DNA from: an uncultured Gammaproteobacteria bacterium
GTDB taxonomy: Bacteria; Pseudomonadota; Gammaproteobacteria; Steroidobacterales; Steroidobacteraceae
NCBI GenBank assembly: GCA_963811485.1
Contig: CAWERO010000004.1
Location: 55,232 to 119,231, forward strand
Direction of reading: 5' to 3'
Length of the DNA: 64,000 nucleotides
The position numbers were made by a program, and so were the translations under genes. Positions 1 to 9,895 of the stretch are shown in pieces (the first letter of the stretch is position 1; each line of letters opens with the position of its first letter). Under the pieces are notes generated by a model that was not told the DNA's origin, searched no databases, and worked only from the letters and a program-made list of their open reading frames with translations.

Positions 1-767
1 TCCGACCAGGCGTACCGCGGCCACGGTCACTGAGCGGCACATTGACGAAACCCTCGATCGTGCCGCCGAGCTGTCCGGTGAATCGACTCGGAGGTCAGGG
101 TATACCCGGCCTCAAAACCCCTGGGGTTCGGCTTGTTGGTGATGATGCGTACCGTTCCCGCCATCGAGCTCGAGCCGAACAGGGTACCCTGCGGACCCGA
201 AAGCTGCTCCACTCGCGCCATGTCGTAGATATGCACGTCGAGGTTGTTTGCAATCGTCGTCACCGGCTGCTCGTCGAGATAGAGACCGACCAGCGGCTGC
301 GAGCCGACCTGCAGGCCATCGCCACCATTGGTCACGCCGCGCACGTACAGCTGCGACTGGCCCGGACCGTAACTCTGGCTCGACAGGCTCGGCAGATATT
401 TCAGGTAATCGTCGAACTTCGATACCTGGAGCTCTTCAAGCTTGCGCGAATCGAGCGCCTGGATGCTGACCGGCACATCCTGGAGATTCTCGGCGCGCTT
501 CTGCGCCGTGACGATGATTTCCTCGAGTTGCGGCCCGGCGCCGGCTGGTGCGGGCGGCGTCTGGGCACCCGCGGCGCCCGCCAGTACTGCCGCGACGGCC
601 GAGGCTACCGGCCAGGGCCGGTGCGAGGTGCTAAGCGGTCTTCGGACGGTAACGCGAGGCAGGCTGGCATGGACTGACTTCCGCACAATTTTCCCCCGGT
701 TCGCTGCGAGTAAACCCCGATGCTGTTGTGCAAAATTACCACACCACACCGCTGGCCGGTGATTCAT
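1..767 (-). pseudogene. TonB-dependent receptor, N-terminal part (signal peptide and plug); runs off the window at position 1; frame broken as sequenced
   Basis: ORF 27..767(-) has the plug-domain sequence EEIIVTAQKRAENLQDVPVSIQAL, LYVRGV and RVEQLSGPQGTLFGSSSMAGTVRIITNKP. Below about position 95 the receptor-like sequence (LGGTIEGFVNVPLSDR, then AVRLVG) continues in the other two frames, so there are at least 2 frame breaks. Confidence 0.75.
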
Positions 768-800
768 CTGCCGCCCGGGGCCGCGGGTCTGGCCCGCGGC

Positions 801-1946
801 TCACAAGGCGCGTGAAATGACTTCCTTCATGATTTCGTTGGTGCCGCCATAAATTCGTTGCACACGGCTGTCGGCAAACATACGGCAGACCAGGTATTCG
901 TTCATGTAGCCGTAGCCGCCGTGCAGCTGCACGCATTCGTCCAGCATGTTCTGCTGCATGTCCGAGATCCACCACTTGGCCATCGAAGCGGTCACGGTAT
1001 CGAGCTGGCCGCGGGCAACCCGTGCAATGCAGTCGTCGATAAACGTACGCGCGACGCGCACCAGGGTCGCGGCTTCGGCCAGTTTGAATTTCGTATTCTG
1101 AAATTCGAACACCGACTGGCCGAAGGCCTTGCGCTCCCTGGCATAGCGCAGCGTCGCCTCAAGGGCGCCTTCCATGGCGGCCACGCCGCAGACACCAATG
1201 ATGATCCGTTCGTAGGGCAGATCGCTCATCAGCTGGTACATGCCCCTGCCCTCAACGCATCCCAGCAGGTTCGACACCGGTACGCGCGCGCCATCGAAAA
1301 ACAGCTCGGCGGTGTCCTGGGCCTGCAGGCCCATTTTGTCGAGCACGCGGCCGACGCGAAAACCCTGCAGGTCCCTGGTCTCGACCATCAGTAGCGACAC
1401 GCTTTTGGACCCGGGCGCAGTATCGGTCTTCACAACCAGTGCGATGAGACCGGCAAGCGATCCGTTACTGATAAAAATCTTCGAGCCGCTCACGATGTAG
1501 TGATCACCGTCACGCACCGCGCGGGTCCGAATGCCCTTCATGTCCGAGCCGGCGCCCGGCTCGGTAATGCCGATAGCGCCGATGAGTTCGCCACTGGCCA
1601 TGGCCGGCAGAAACCGGCGCTTCTGTTCCTCGGTGCCGTGATTGAGCAGATAATGGGCGGCGATGCTGTGGACGCCCTGGCCAAAACCGCTCAGGCCACG
1701 GCGGTTGAGCTCCTCGTAGATGACCGCCTCGTGCCGGAAGTCGCCACCGGCGCCGCCATACTCGGTGGGGATGTCGGTACACAGAAGCCCTTGCTCGCCG
1801 GCGCGGCGCCAGATTTCCTTGCCGACATTGTGCTGCGCGCGCCACTGTGCATCGGCCGGCACCATTTCGGCCTCGGCGAATTTCGCCACGGCATCGCGGA
1901 GTATCTGCAATTCATCGTCCATCCAGGGCGATCGCAATGCGTCCAT
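801..1946 (-). CDS. acyl-CoA dehydrogenase family protein
   Basis: Intact 381-aa ORF with typical ACAD sequence (GAIGITEPGAGSD, IFISNG, QLHGGYGYMNEY, RIYGGTNEIMKEVI). Confidence 0.9.
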   Translation of the reverse strand: MDALRSPWMDDELQILRDAVAKFAEAEMVPADAQWRAQHNVGKEIWRRAGEQGLLCTDIPTEYGGAGGDFRHEAVIYEELNRRGLSGFGQGVHSIAAHYLLNHGTEEQKRRFLPAMASGELIGAIGITEPGAGSDMKGIRTRAVRDGDHYIVSGSKIFISNGSLAGLIALVVKTDTAPGSKSVSLLMVETRDLQGFRVGRVLDKMGLQAQDTAELFFDGARVPVSNLLGCVEGRGMYQLMSDLPYERIIIGVCGVAAMEGALEATLRYARERKAFGQSVFEFQNTKFKLAEAATLVRVARTFIDDCIARVARGQLDTVTASMAKWWISDMQQNMLDECVQLHGGYGYMNEYLVCRMFADSRVQRIYGGTNEIMKEVISRAL

Positions 1947-2062
1947 ACTTCAGGTACCTCAGGAGTTGTGGCCATCTTACTGTGCCCGGATCTTGCGCGC
2001 ACGATGGCCTTGCGGCCGGGCGTCGTGCGCACCGAATTGTTCAGCGGAAGATCGGCAGTGGG

Positions 2063-2557
2063 TCAGGAGCCAGCCAGCGGCATGAACAACCCGTACTGGC
2101 GACCGAAATACAGCAGCGGCTCGCCCTCATGGGTTCGCGCCGCTTCGACCAGGCCCACGACAATGGCGTGATCGCCGCTCATGAAGACTTCGTTGGTGAG
2201 GCATTCGATCTGCGCGAGTGCAGCGGGGACCAGCGGCACGTGCATGACCTGGCCGGTGTCGAACCGCGTCTGTCCGCTGCGCTCGCGCCCCGGTCGGGCA
2301 AAGTGCCGCGCGACTTCGGCCTGTCCCGATTCCAGCAGGCTGATGCCGAAACCCCGGCAGGTTACCATCGAGGCGTAGCTTACGGTGTTGCGCTGGATCG
2401 CAAACATAACCAGCGGCGGTTCAATCGATAGGGTGACGAAGGAGGAAATGGTCAGAGCGACAATGGCGTCGCTGTCTGGTTCATGGGCAGCAACGACAGA
2501 TACGGCGCCGGCGGAGGCGCGGCCCAGCTGACGATACAGATCAGCGGAGATTGGCAT
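2063..2557 (-). CDS. flavin reductase-like (FMN-binding, HpaC/NtaB-type) protein
   Basis: Intact 164-aa ORF. The size and sequence (SFVTLSIEPPLVMFAI, GDHAIVVGLV) fit the flavin reductase domain. Confidence 0.75.
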   Translation of the reverse strand: MPISADLYRQLGRASAGAVSVVAAHEPDSDAIVALTISSFVTLSIEPPLVMFAIQRNTVSYASMVTCRGFGISLLESGQAEVARHFARPGRERSGQTRFDTGQVMHVPLVPAALAQIECLTNEVFMSGDHAIVVGLVEAARTHEGEPLLYFGRQYGLFMPLAGS

Positions 2558-2608
2558 GCTTAAAGTCCATGGGGCGAACGCGGCACCGGCACGACTGCAG
2601 GGCGCAGT

Positions 2609-4603
2609 TTACCGGGATTGCGTCGGGGAAAAATCGACGAGTTCCGTGCCCTCGCCCACCTGCTCGCCAGCGGCCACCTTGAAGGCCCTGAGCGTACCGT
2701 CACTCGGCGCCACGACGGTGTGTTCGATTTTCATCGCCTCGAGCACCAGCAGTGCGGCTCCTTTTGCAACCTCGGCGCCGGCGACCGCGATCAACTCGAT
2801 GACCCGCCCGGGCATTGGGGAGCGGAGCCCGGCCGGCCCGGCCGTGGCGGCCGCCGTCGATGTCAGGGGATCGATGTGCATGAACACGTCGCGACGGCCG
2901 TTCATGAACACATGCTCGCTGCCATCGGCCAGCACCGAGGTGGCCGTGTAGCTCCGGCCATCGAGCGTAAATGTCAGCGCCGTGTCGCCCGCAAGGGTTG
3001 CGTTGGCGGTTGCAGCTTGGTCGTCGAGTCTCAGTTCCCACCCATTGACCAGATACTGAACCTGCACGGTCTTCTCCACCTCACCCGCACGCAAGGTCAG
3101 TGCGCGTTGCGACCGGCCGCCGAGGCGCCAGCCATCGACCGAACTCCACGGCGAGTCACGCGCGCCGCTGTGTGCGCGCAGCAGCGTGGCCACGGCCCCC
3201 GCGAGCCACGCCTCCCGGGGAGGCGGCTGCGCGGCATCAAACAGCAATTCGTGCTGTCGTTCGATCAGTGCGGTATCCAGATCGGCGGCCGCGAACGCAG
3301 GCGTGGCCACCAGCCGCCCGAGGAAGGCCACGTTGTTGGCGACACCTACTATCTGGTATGAATCGAGCGCAGTGCGCATCCGCGCGAGGGCACGATCCCG
3401 GGTTTCATCCCAGACAATAAGCTTCGCGATCATCGAATCGTAGTAGGGCGTGATCTCATCGCCCGGGCCCACACCCGTATCGATCCGGACGTGCCGCGTA
3501 GGCCGCGGCGTTGCCAGATACTGGAGGCGACCGGTAGATGGCAGGAAGCCGCGCTGCGGATCCTCGGCATAAATGCGGGCTTCGAGCGCGTGGCCGCTGA
3601 TACCTAGCTCATCCTGCGCCAGCGGCAGGGGTTCGCCCGCGGCCACGCGCAGCTGCCATTCCACCAGATCGAGGCCCGTGATCATCTCGGTGACCGGATG
3701 TTCGACCTGCAGCCGCGTGTTCATCTCCATGAAGAAGAATTCGCCATCGGGCGCGACGATAAATTCCACCGTGCCCGCACCGACATACCCCACAGCACGG
3801 GCCACCGCCACCGCCGCGGTGCCCATGGCCGCACGCCGTGCCGGGGTCATGCCTGGCGCCGGCGCCTCTTCCAGCACCTTCTGATGCCGCCGCTGCACCG
3901 AACAGTCGCGCTCGAACAGGTGCAGGCAGTGGCCGTGGCTGTCGGCAAAGATCTGCATTTCGATGTGCCGCGGTCGCAGCAGGTACTTCTCCACCAGCAC
4001 GCGGTCATCGCCGAAGCTCGCCGCCGCCTCGCGCTTGCAGCTGCTGAGCGCCGCTGCAAACTCCTCGGCCCGGTCGACGCGGCGCATGCCGCGTCCGCCG
4101 CCGCCGGCGCTGGCCTTGATGAGCACCGGATAGCCGATGCGCTCTGCCGCATCCTGCAGGTGGTGCGCGTGCTGATTGTCGCCGTGGTAGCCCGGCGTCA
4201 ACGGCACGCCCGCACGCTCGAGCAATGTCTTGGCGGCGGATTTCGAGCCCATTGCGCGCATGGCGGCAGCGGGCGGTCCCACGAACACGAGCCCGGCCGC
4301 CTGGCACTGCTCAGCAAACTCGGGGTTCTCCGACAGAAATCCGTAACCCGGGTGAATGGCTTGCGCACCACTGTGGCGCGCCGCGGCGATGATCGCCTCG
4401 CTCCGCAGGTAACTTTCTGCCGGCGTGCGGCCGCCGATGTCCATTGCCTCATCACAGGCGCTGACGTGGCGGGCCCGCGCGTCGGCAGCGGAATGTATGG
4501 CAATGGTGTGCAGGCCCATGCGGTGAGCCGTGCGCGCCACACGGCAGGCGATTTCGCCGCGATTGGCGATCAACAGGCGATTGAACTTCGGCACCGGCGC
4601 CAT
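2609..4603 (-). CDS. liuD: 3-methylcrotonyl-CoA carboxylase alpha subunit (biotin carboxylase plus biotinyl domain)
   Basis: FNRLLIANRGEIACRV, ATP-grasp motifs and a C-terminal EAMKIEH biotinylation motif. I place the start at the internal ATG (MAPVPKFNRLL, 4603), one nt from the stop of the upstream carboxyltransferase gene. The ORF-track start at 4702 overlaps that gene. Confidence 0.9.
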   Translation of the reverse strand: MAPVPKFNRLLIANRGEIACRVARTAHRMGLHTIAIHSAADARARHVSACDEAMDIGGRTPAESYLRSEAIIAAARHSGAQAIHPGYGFLSENPEFAEQCQAAGLVFVGPPAAAMRAMGSKSAAKTLLERAGVPLTPGYHGDNQHAHHLQDAAERIGYPVLIKASAGGGGRGMRRVDRAEEFAAALSSCKREAAASFGDDRVLVEKYLLRPRHIEMQIFADSHGHCLHLFERDCSVQRRHQKVLEEAPAPGMTPARRAAMGTAAVAVARAVGYVGAGTVEFIVAPDGEFFFMEMNTRLQVEHPVTEMITGLDLVEWQLRVAAGEPLPLAQDELGISGHALEARIYAEDPQRGFLPSTGRLQYLATPRPTRHVRIDTGVGPGDEITPYYDSMIAKLIVWDETRDRALARMRTALDSYQIVGVANNVAFLGRLVATPAFAAADLDTALIERQHELLFDAAQPPPREAWLAGAVATLLRAHSGARDSPWSSVDGWRLGGRSQRALTLRAGEVEKTVQVQYLVNGWELRLDDQAATANATLAGDTALTFTLDGRSYTATSVLADGSEHVFMNGRRDVFMHIDPLTSTAAATAGPAGLRSPMPGRVIELIAVAGAEVAKGAALLVLEAMKIEHTVVAPSDGTLRAFKVAAGEQVGEGTELVDFSPTQSR

Positions 4604-4604
4604 C

Positions 4605-6212
4605 TTACATTCTGAACACGCCGAAGCGCGTGGCTGGAATCGGTGCGTTGAGCGCGGCCGACAGGCCAAGGCCGAGCACGCGGCGCGTGTCGGCCGGATC
4701 AACGATGCCGTCGTCCCACAGTCGCGCGGTGGCGTAGTACGGGTGACCCTGGCGGTCGTATTGGGCGCGGATCGGGGCGGTAAAGGCTGCCTCGTCTTCG
4801 CTGCTCCAGCTATCGCCCTTGGCTTCGAGCGCGTCGCGCCGCACGCGTGCCAGGACGTTGGCCGCCTGCTCCCCGCCCATCACGCTGATGCGGGCGTTCG
4901 GCCACATCCACAGGAACCGCGGTGAATAGGCGCGGCCACACATGCCGTAGTTGCCGGCACCGAAACTGCCGCCGACGATGACCGTCAGTTTGGGTACCTG
5001 GGCGCAAGCCACCGCGGTCACCATCTTCGCGCCATGCTTGGCGATGCCTTCGTTTTCGTATTTGCGGCCGACCATGAACCCGGTAATGTTCTGCAGGAAC
5101 ACCAGCGGGATGCGCCGCTGGCAGCACAACTCGATGAAGTGAGTGCCCTTGAGCGCGGACTCCGAAAACAGTATGCCGTTGTTGGCGATGAGGCCGACCG
5201 GCATGCCCCAAATGCGCGCAAATCCCGTGACCAGCGTGGTGCCGTAGCGGAGTTTCCATTCGTCGAATTCGCTGCCGTCGACTATGCGCGCGATGATCTC
5301 GTGGACATCGAAGGGCTTGCGCGGATCGACGGGCACGACGCCGTAGAGCTCCTCGGCGGCGTAGCGCGGTTCAACCGGCACCGTCAGGCCGAGATCAGCG
5401 CGTCGCGGCGCATTGAGTCCCGCCACGATGCGCCGCGCGATGCCCAGGGCATGCGCGTCATTCTCCGCCAGATGGTCGGCCACGCCCGACAGGCGCGTGT
5501 GTACGTCGCCGCCACCCAGGTCCTCGACGCTGACCACCTCGCCGGTGGCCGCCTTCACCAGCGGCGGTCCGCCGAGGAAGATCGTGCCCTGGTCGCGCAC
5601 GATGATCGATTCGTCGCTCATGGCCGGAACATAGGCCCCGCCGGCGGTGCAGCTGCCCATCACCACGGCGATCTGTGGGATCTCGGCGGCCGACATGGTC
5701 GCCTGATTGTAGAAAATGCGGCCAAAGTGGTCGCGATCGGGAAAGACCTCGTCCTGGCTCGGCAGGTGCGCGCCGCCCGAATCGATCAGGTACAGGCAGG
5801 GCAGGCGGTTCTCGCGGGCGATTTCCTGCGCGCGCAGGTGCTTCTTGACGGTGATCGGATAATAAGTGCCGCCCTTGACGGTGGCGTCGTTGCAGACCAC
5901 CAGGCATTCGCGCCCGGCAACGCGCCCAATACCGGTGATGAGGCCAGCGCCGGGCGCCTCGCCGTCATAGAGACCGGTGGCGGCGAGCTGCGACAGCTCG
6001 AGGAACGGCGTGCCTGGGTCGAGCAGCATCTCCACCCGTTGCCGGGGCAGGAGTTTGTCGCGCGCCACATGGCGGGCCCTGGCGATCTCGCCGCCCCCCG
6101 CCGCCGCAATGGCCAAGCGGGTGCGCAGGTCCGTAACCAGCGCTTCCATGGCCAGGCGATTGGCCTGGAATTCCTTGCTGCGGGGGTCCAGGGCTGAGTT
6201 GATCGCCGCCAT
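4605..6212 (-). CDS. liuB: 3-methylcrotonyl-CoA carboxylase beta subunit (carboxyltransferase)
   Basis: From [23 protein letters not shown] the protein is 535 aa with carboxyltransferase motifs ([29 protein letters not shown]). The 703-aa ORF-track N-terminus overlaps the divergent ivd gene and is spurious. Confidence 0.9.
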   Translation of the reverse strand: MAAINSALDPRSKEFQANRLAMEALVTDLRTRLAIAAAGGGEIARARHVARDKLLPRQRVEMLLDPGTPFLELSQLAATGLYDGEAPGAGLITGIGRVAGRECLVVCNDATVKGGTYYPITVKKHLRAQEIARENRLPCLYLIDSGGAHLPSQDEVFPDRDHFGRIFYNQATMSAAEIPQIAVVMGSCTAGGAYVPAMSDESIIVRDQGTIFLGGPPLVKAATGEVVSVEDLGGGDVHTRLSGVADHLAENDAHALGIARRIVAGLNAPRRADLGLTVPVEPRYAAEELYGVVPVDPRKPFDVHEIIARIVDGSEFDEWKLRYGTTLVTGFARIWGMPVGLIANNGILFSESALKGTHFIELCCQRRIPLVFLQNITGFMVGRKYENEGIAKHGAKMVTAVACAQVPKLTVIVGGSFGAGNYGMCGRAYSPRFLWMWPNARISVMGGEQAANVLARVRRDALEAKGDSWSSEDEAAFTAPIRAQYDRQGHPYYATARLWDDGIVDPADTRRVLGLGLSAALNAPIPATRFGVFRM

Positions 6213-6226
6213 GATGCGCCTTGCTC

Positions 6227-6258
6227 TAATAGTCCTATTGTCCGATAATAGCACTATC
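6227..6258. promoter_or_regulatory. two AT-rich inverted-repeat boxes (AATAG-N2-CTATT and AATAG-N2-CTATC) in the divergent carboxylase/ivd intergenic region
   Basis: ctAATAGtcCTATTgtccgatAATAGcaCTATCt, with box centres 19 bp apart. They stand out in a GC-rich 66-bp divergent promoter region. They could be operators and/or -10 elements. Confidence 0.4.
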
Positions 6259-6278
6259 TTTCCGGTTGGGGCAAATCC

Positions 6279-7451
6279 ATGTCCAGCGTCGACGCCTGCG
6301 AATTCAACTTCGGCCTGGGCGATACCCTCGATGAAGTCCGTGCCCAGGTGCGCCGGTTCGCGCGGGCGGAAATCGCCCCGCTGGCCGACGAGCTCGACCG
6401 CACCAACCTGTTTCCGGCGCAACTGTGGCCAAGGCTCGGTGCGCAGGGCCTGCTTGGCCTCACTGTTCCCGAGCGCTGGGGCGGCGCTAATCTCGGCTAT
6501 CTCGCCCACATTGTGGCGATGGAGGAGATCTCGCGCGCTTGCGCAGCGGTCGGCCTGTCCTACGGTGCGCACTCGAACCTGTGTGTCAACCAGCTGCGAC
6601 TCAATGGCAACGACGTGCAGCGTGACCGCTATCTGCCGCGGCTGGTCAGCGGTGAGCACGTCGGCGCGCTTGCCATGTCCGAGGCAGGCGCCGGCTCCGA
6701 CGTGGTCTCGATGCAACTGCGCGCCGAGCGGCGCGGCTCGGGCTTCGTGCTTACGGGCCGTAAGATGTGGATCACCAATGGGCCCGATGCGGATGTGCTC
6801 GTGGTCTACGCGAAGACCAGTCCGGGCGCCGGATCAAAAGGCATCACGGCGTTCATCGTCGAGAAGGAATTTCCCGGCTACTCGACCGCTCAGAAGCTCG
6901 ACAAGCTCGGCATGCGCGGCTCAAATACCTGTGAGCTGGTGTTCGAACAGTGCCTGGTGCCGGCCGAAAACGTGCTGGGGGAGCTCGATCGCGGCGTCAG
7001 AGTTCTGATGAGCGGGCTCGACTACGAACGCGCGGTGCTTGCGGCCGGCCCGCTGGGCATCATGGCCGCGGCGCTTGACCTCGTGCTGCCCTACGTGCAC
7101 CAACGCAAGCAGTTTGGCGAGCCCATTGGCACGTTTCAACTCATGCAGGCCAAGATTGCCGACCTGTACACGAACCTCAATGCCGCACGCGCCTTTGTCT
7201 ATGCGGTGGGCCGCGCCTGTGACGCCGGCACCTGCACGCGCCAGGATGCCGCCGGCGCGGTGCTGTTCGCGGCCGAGAAGGCCACTATTGCCGGGCTCGA
7301 GGCCATCCAGATACTGGGCGGAAATGGCTACATCAACGATTATCCGGCCGGCCGGCTGCTGCGTGATGCCAAGCTCTATGAGATTGGCGCAGGCACACAG
7401 GAGATTCGCCGCCTGCTGATCGGACGCGAGCTCTACCAGAGGACCGCATGA
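6279..7451 (+). CDS. ivd: isovaleryl-CoA dehydrogenase
   Basis: Intact 390-aa ACAD with IVD-like sequence ([59 protein letters not shown]). It is divergent from the carboxylase genes. Confidence 0.9.
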   Translation: MSSVDACEFNFGLGDTLDEVRAQVRRFARAEIAPLADELDRTNLFPAQLWPRLGAQGLLGLTVPERWGGANLGYLAHIVAMEEISRACAAVGLSYGAHSNLCVNQLRLNGNDVQRDRYLPRLVSGEHVGALAMSEAGAGSDVVSMQLRAERRGSGFVLTGRKMWITNGPDADVLVVYAKTSPGAGSKGITAFIVEKEFPGYSTAQKLDKLGMRGSNTCELVFEQCLVPAENVLGELDRGVRVLMSGLDYERAVLAAGPLGIMAAALDLVLPYVHQRKQFGEPIGTFQLMQAKIADLYTNLNAARAFVYAVGRACDAGTCTRQDAAGAVLFAAEKATIAGLEAIQILGGNGYINDYPAGRLLRDAKLYEIGAGTQEIRRLLIGRELYQRTA

Positions 7452-8173
7452 GGGTCGAATTCGAGCCGGTGGAATTCGAGCCCGCCTACCGCAAGGTGGC
7501 GGCGGCCCTGCTCGAGCGCATCACCGATCGAACCCTGAGCGCGGGCGATCGCCTGCCGCCCGAAATCGAGCTGGCGCGCCAGTTCGGAGTCAATCGCTCG
7601 ACGGTGCGTGAGGCGCTGCGCGAACTCGAGTCAGCCGGCATGCTGCGCCGGCACCGCGGATCCAAGCTCATGATGGTGAGTCGCCCCGAGCGTGGTATTG
7701 TCGCCGACGGGGTGAGTCGCGCCCTCGCCCTCCACGATGTCAGTATCCGGGATGTCTGGGAGGGCCTGAGCATACTCGAACCGCCGATTGCCGAGGCCGC
7801 GGCCCGCAACCGCCGCGCCGCGGACCTGGCGGTCATCGACTCGACGGTCGCGCACGCCATGCCGCGCGGCGCAGATGCCGCGGCGCGCCAGGCTGCTGAC
7901 TTCTTCCGCCATGTCGGCGAAGCGACGCACAATCGCGTGCTGATGCTCGCGCATGAGCCCCTGTTGCAGCTGCTCGCGCCCTCATTGCGCACGATCATAG
8001 ACGAGGTGGCCGCGGCCCGCGCGCGCATCGCCTCGGCGCAACGCCGGATACTTGATGCCATTCGCACTGGTAACAGTAGCGAAGCGCGCGCCTGGACCGA
8101 AAAACATATCCGCGACTATCGCCGCGGCTTTGACCTGTCCGGGATCGATCTGGCCCATCGCGTGGAGCGCTAG
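7448..8173 (+). CDS. GntR-family transcriptional regulator (FadR/FCD subfamily)
   Basis: N-terminal winged HTH ([31 protein letters not shown]) plus an all-helical C-terminal domain. Its ATG overlaps the ivd stop (ATGA). Confidence 0.85.
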   Translation: MRVEFEPVEFEPAYRKVAAALLERITDRTLSAGDRLPPEIELARQFGVNRSTVREALRELESAGMLRRHRGSKLMMVSRPERGIVADGVSRALALHDVSIRDVWEGLSILEPPIAEAAARNRRAADLAVIDSTVAHAMPRGADAAARQAADFFRHVGEATHNRVLMLAHEPLLQLLAPSLRTIIDEVAAARARIASAQRRILDAIRTGNSSEARAWTEKHIRDYRRGFDLSGIDLAHRVER

Positions 8174-8278
8174 CGGTATTGACCGACCGGGGTAGGCAAA
8201 CCTAAGCTGCACCCATGCCGACCAGGTCACGAGTGTGTTGAGTATCGAACCTGGGCGCAGCTTCGCGCCGCTCCTGTC

Positions 8279-9895
8279 ATGAAGCGCTATGACGCCATCG
8301 TGATCGGGGCCGGGCACAACGGCCTGTGCAATGCGGCGTTTCTCGCCCGCGCCGGACTCGAAGTGCTGGTGCTCGAGTCAAACCCTTACATCGGGGGCGC
8401 GACGGTAAGCCGCGAACTGCATCCGCACTGGACCTACTCCAACTGCTCTTACGTGTGCAGCCTGCTGCGGCCGGAAATCTACCGTGCGTTGGAGTTGTCG
8501 CGCCACGGTCTGCAGATTGTCCCGTACGGCGGCGGGGTAACTTTCACGCGTGATGGCGACATTCTCGGCAGCTACCTCGACAAGGACGTCAAGCGTCGCG
8601 AGATCGCCCGTCACAGCCCGCGCGATGCCGATGCCTACATGCGCTACGGCCGCGACACGATGCGTCAATGCCGGCTGATCCGCTCGCTGCTGATGCGCAC
8701 GCCCCCCGACCCGAGTTCGCTCCGCTGGCGCGACCTGCGCGAACTGATGCACCTGGGCAAGGAGTTCAGCAAACTGGGTGAAGCCGGCATCTGCGACACG
8801 ATCCGCTTCTACACGCTGTCGATCGCCGATTATCTGGACGAATATTTCGAGTCCGACGTGGTCAAGGCCACGTTTGCGGGCAGCGGCATTATCGGCACGG
8901 CGCTCGGTGTGCAGTCGCCGGGTACGGCCTATATCCTGCTCCACCATTACATGGGCGACGTGGACGGCCAGATGGGTGCCTGGGGTTTTGCCCGCGGTGG
9001 CATGGGTGCTGTGGCCAATGCGCTGGCGGCAGCGCTGCAGGCGCATGGCGGAGAGATCCGGGTCGGTGCGCCGGTCGAGCGGATCCTGGTGCGCCGCGGC
9101 CGGGCGTGCGGCGTGGCGCTCGCGAACGGGGATGAGTACCAGGCGAACATCGTGGTGTCGAACGTCGACCCCAAACGCACCTTCCTCAAGTTGATGGATC
9201 CAGCCGACCTGCGGCCGGAGTTCCTGCAGCGCGCGCACAATTTCAAGATCCGCGGCTCCTCGGGAAAGCTGAATATCGCGCTCGACGGCCTGCCGGAATT
9301 TCCGGCGCTCGGAGCCGGCAATCCACTGATCAGCGGCGACATGCATTTCCTTGATTCACTCGAGCGCTATGAGCGCGCGTACGACGACTGGAAGAGTGGC
9401 ACCTGGTCGAAGGATCCCTACCTGGATCTGCTGATGCCCTCGCTGACTGACCCGACCATGGCGCCGCCGGGCAAGCATATGATGTCGGTGTTCGTGCAGT
9501 ATGTGCCCCCGAAGATCAATGGACACGAATGGACCGACGCCGATCGCGAGGCATTCAAGCAAACGGTGTTCGACCAGATCGCCCGCTACAGCCCGAATTT
9601 CCGCAGCCTGGTGCTGCATGCTGAAGTACGCACGCCGCGTGAGCTGGAGTCCGAAGTCGGCCTGACCGAAGGCAATATCTTCCAGGGCGAGCTGACCTTC
9701 GACCAGCTGTTCTTCAACCGCCCCTTCCCCGGCTACGCGCAGTATCGCGGCCCGATACGTGGCGTTTACATGTGCGGTTCAGCGACTCACCCCGGAGGGG
9801 GGGTGATGGCTGCGCCGGGCGCCAATGCCGCGCGGGAGATACTCCGCGATCTGCGGCGCAACTCCACCGTGCCCGAGGGGTGGAGCGATGACTGA
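8279..9895 (+). CDS. FAD/NAD(P)-binding oxidoreductase, phytoene-desaturase/amine-oxidase superfamily (module 1, subunit A1)
   Basis: Intact 538-aa ORF with an N-terminal dinucleotide fold (YDAIVIGAGHNGLCNAAFLARAGLEVLVLE) and a C-terminal [25 protein letters not shown]. Confidence 0.8.
   Translation: MKRYDAIVIGAGHNGLCNAAFLARAGLEVLVLESNPYIGGATVSRELHPHWTYSNCSYVCSLLRPEIYRALELSRHGLQIVPYGGGVTFTRDGDILGSYLDKDVKRREIARHSPRDADAYMRYGRDTMRQCRLIRSLLMRTPPDPSSLRWRDLRELMHLGKEFSKLGEAGICDTIRFYTLSIADYLDEYFESDVVKATFAGSGIIGTALGVQSPGTAYILLHHYMGDVDGQMGAWGFARGGMGAVANALAAALQAHGGEIRVGAPVERILVRRGRACGVALANGDEYQANIVVSNVDPKRTFLKLMDPADLRPEFLQRAHNFKIRGSSGKLNIALDGLPEFPALGAGNPLISGDMHFLDSLERYERAYDDWKSGTWSKDPYLDLLMPSLTDPTMAPPGKHMMSVFVQYVPPKINGHEWTDADREAFKQTVFDQIARYSPNFRSLVLHAEVRTPRELESEVGLTEGNIFQGELTFDQLFFNRPFPGYAQYRGPIRGVYMCGSATHPGGGVMAAPGANAAREILRDLRRNSTVPEGWSDD

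Noticed and set aside
4604-6716. N-terminal extensions in the ORF track: 168 extra residues on the carboxylase beta subunit, 33 on the alpha subunit, 164 on the module-1 aminotransferase (12170..), 76 on scpA and 79 on the yciO-like gene.
   Set aside because: The extensions overlap neighbouring genes, have no homology, and are Arg/Ala-rich. Internal start codons with the conserved N-termini and start/stop coupling fit better.
8174-8278. Possible sigma-70 promoter (TTGACC-N18-TAAGCT) and a GACC-A-GGTC mini-palindrome upstream of module 1.
   Set aside because: The matches are weak and short, and several similar strings occur by chance in the window. This is not enough to call a feature without transcription-start or binding data.
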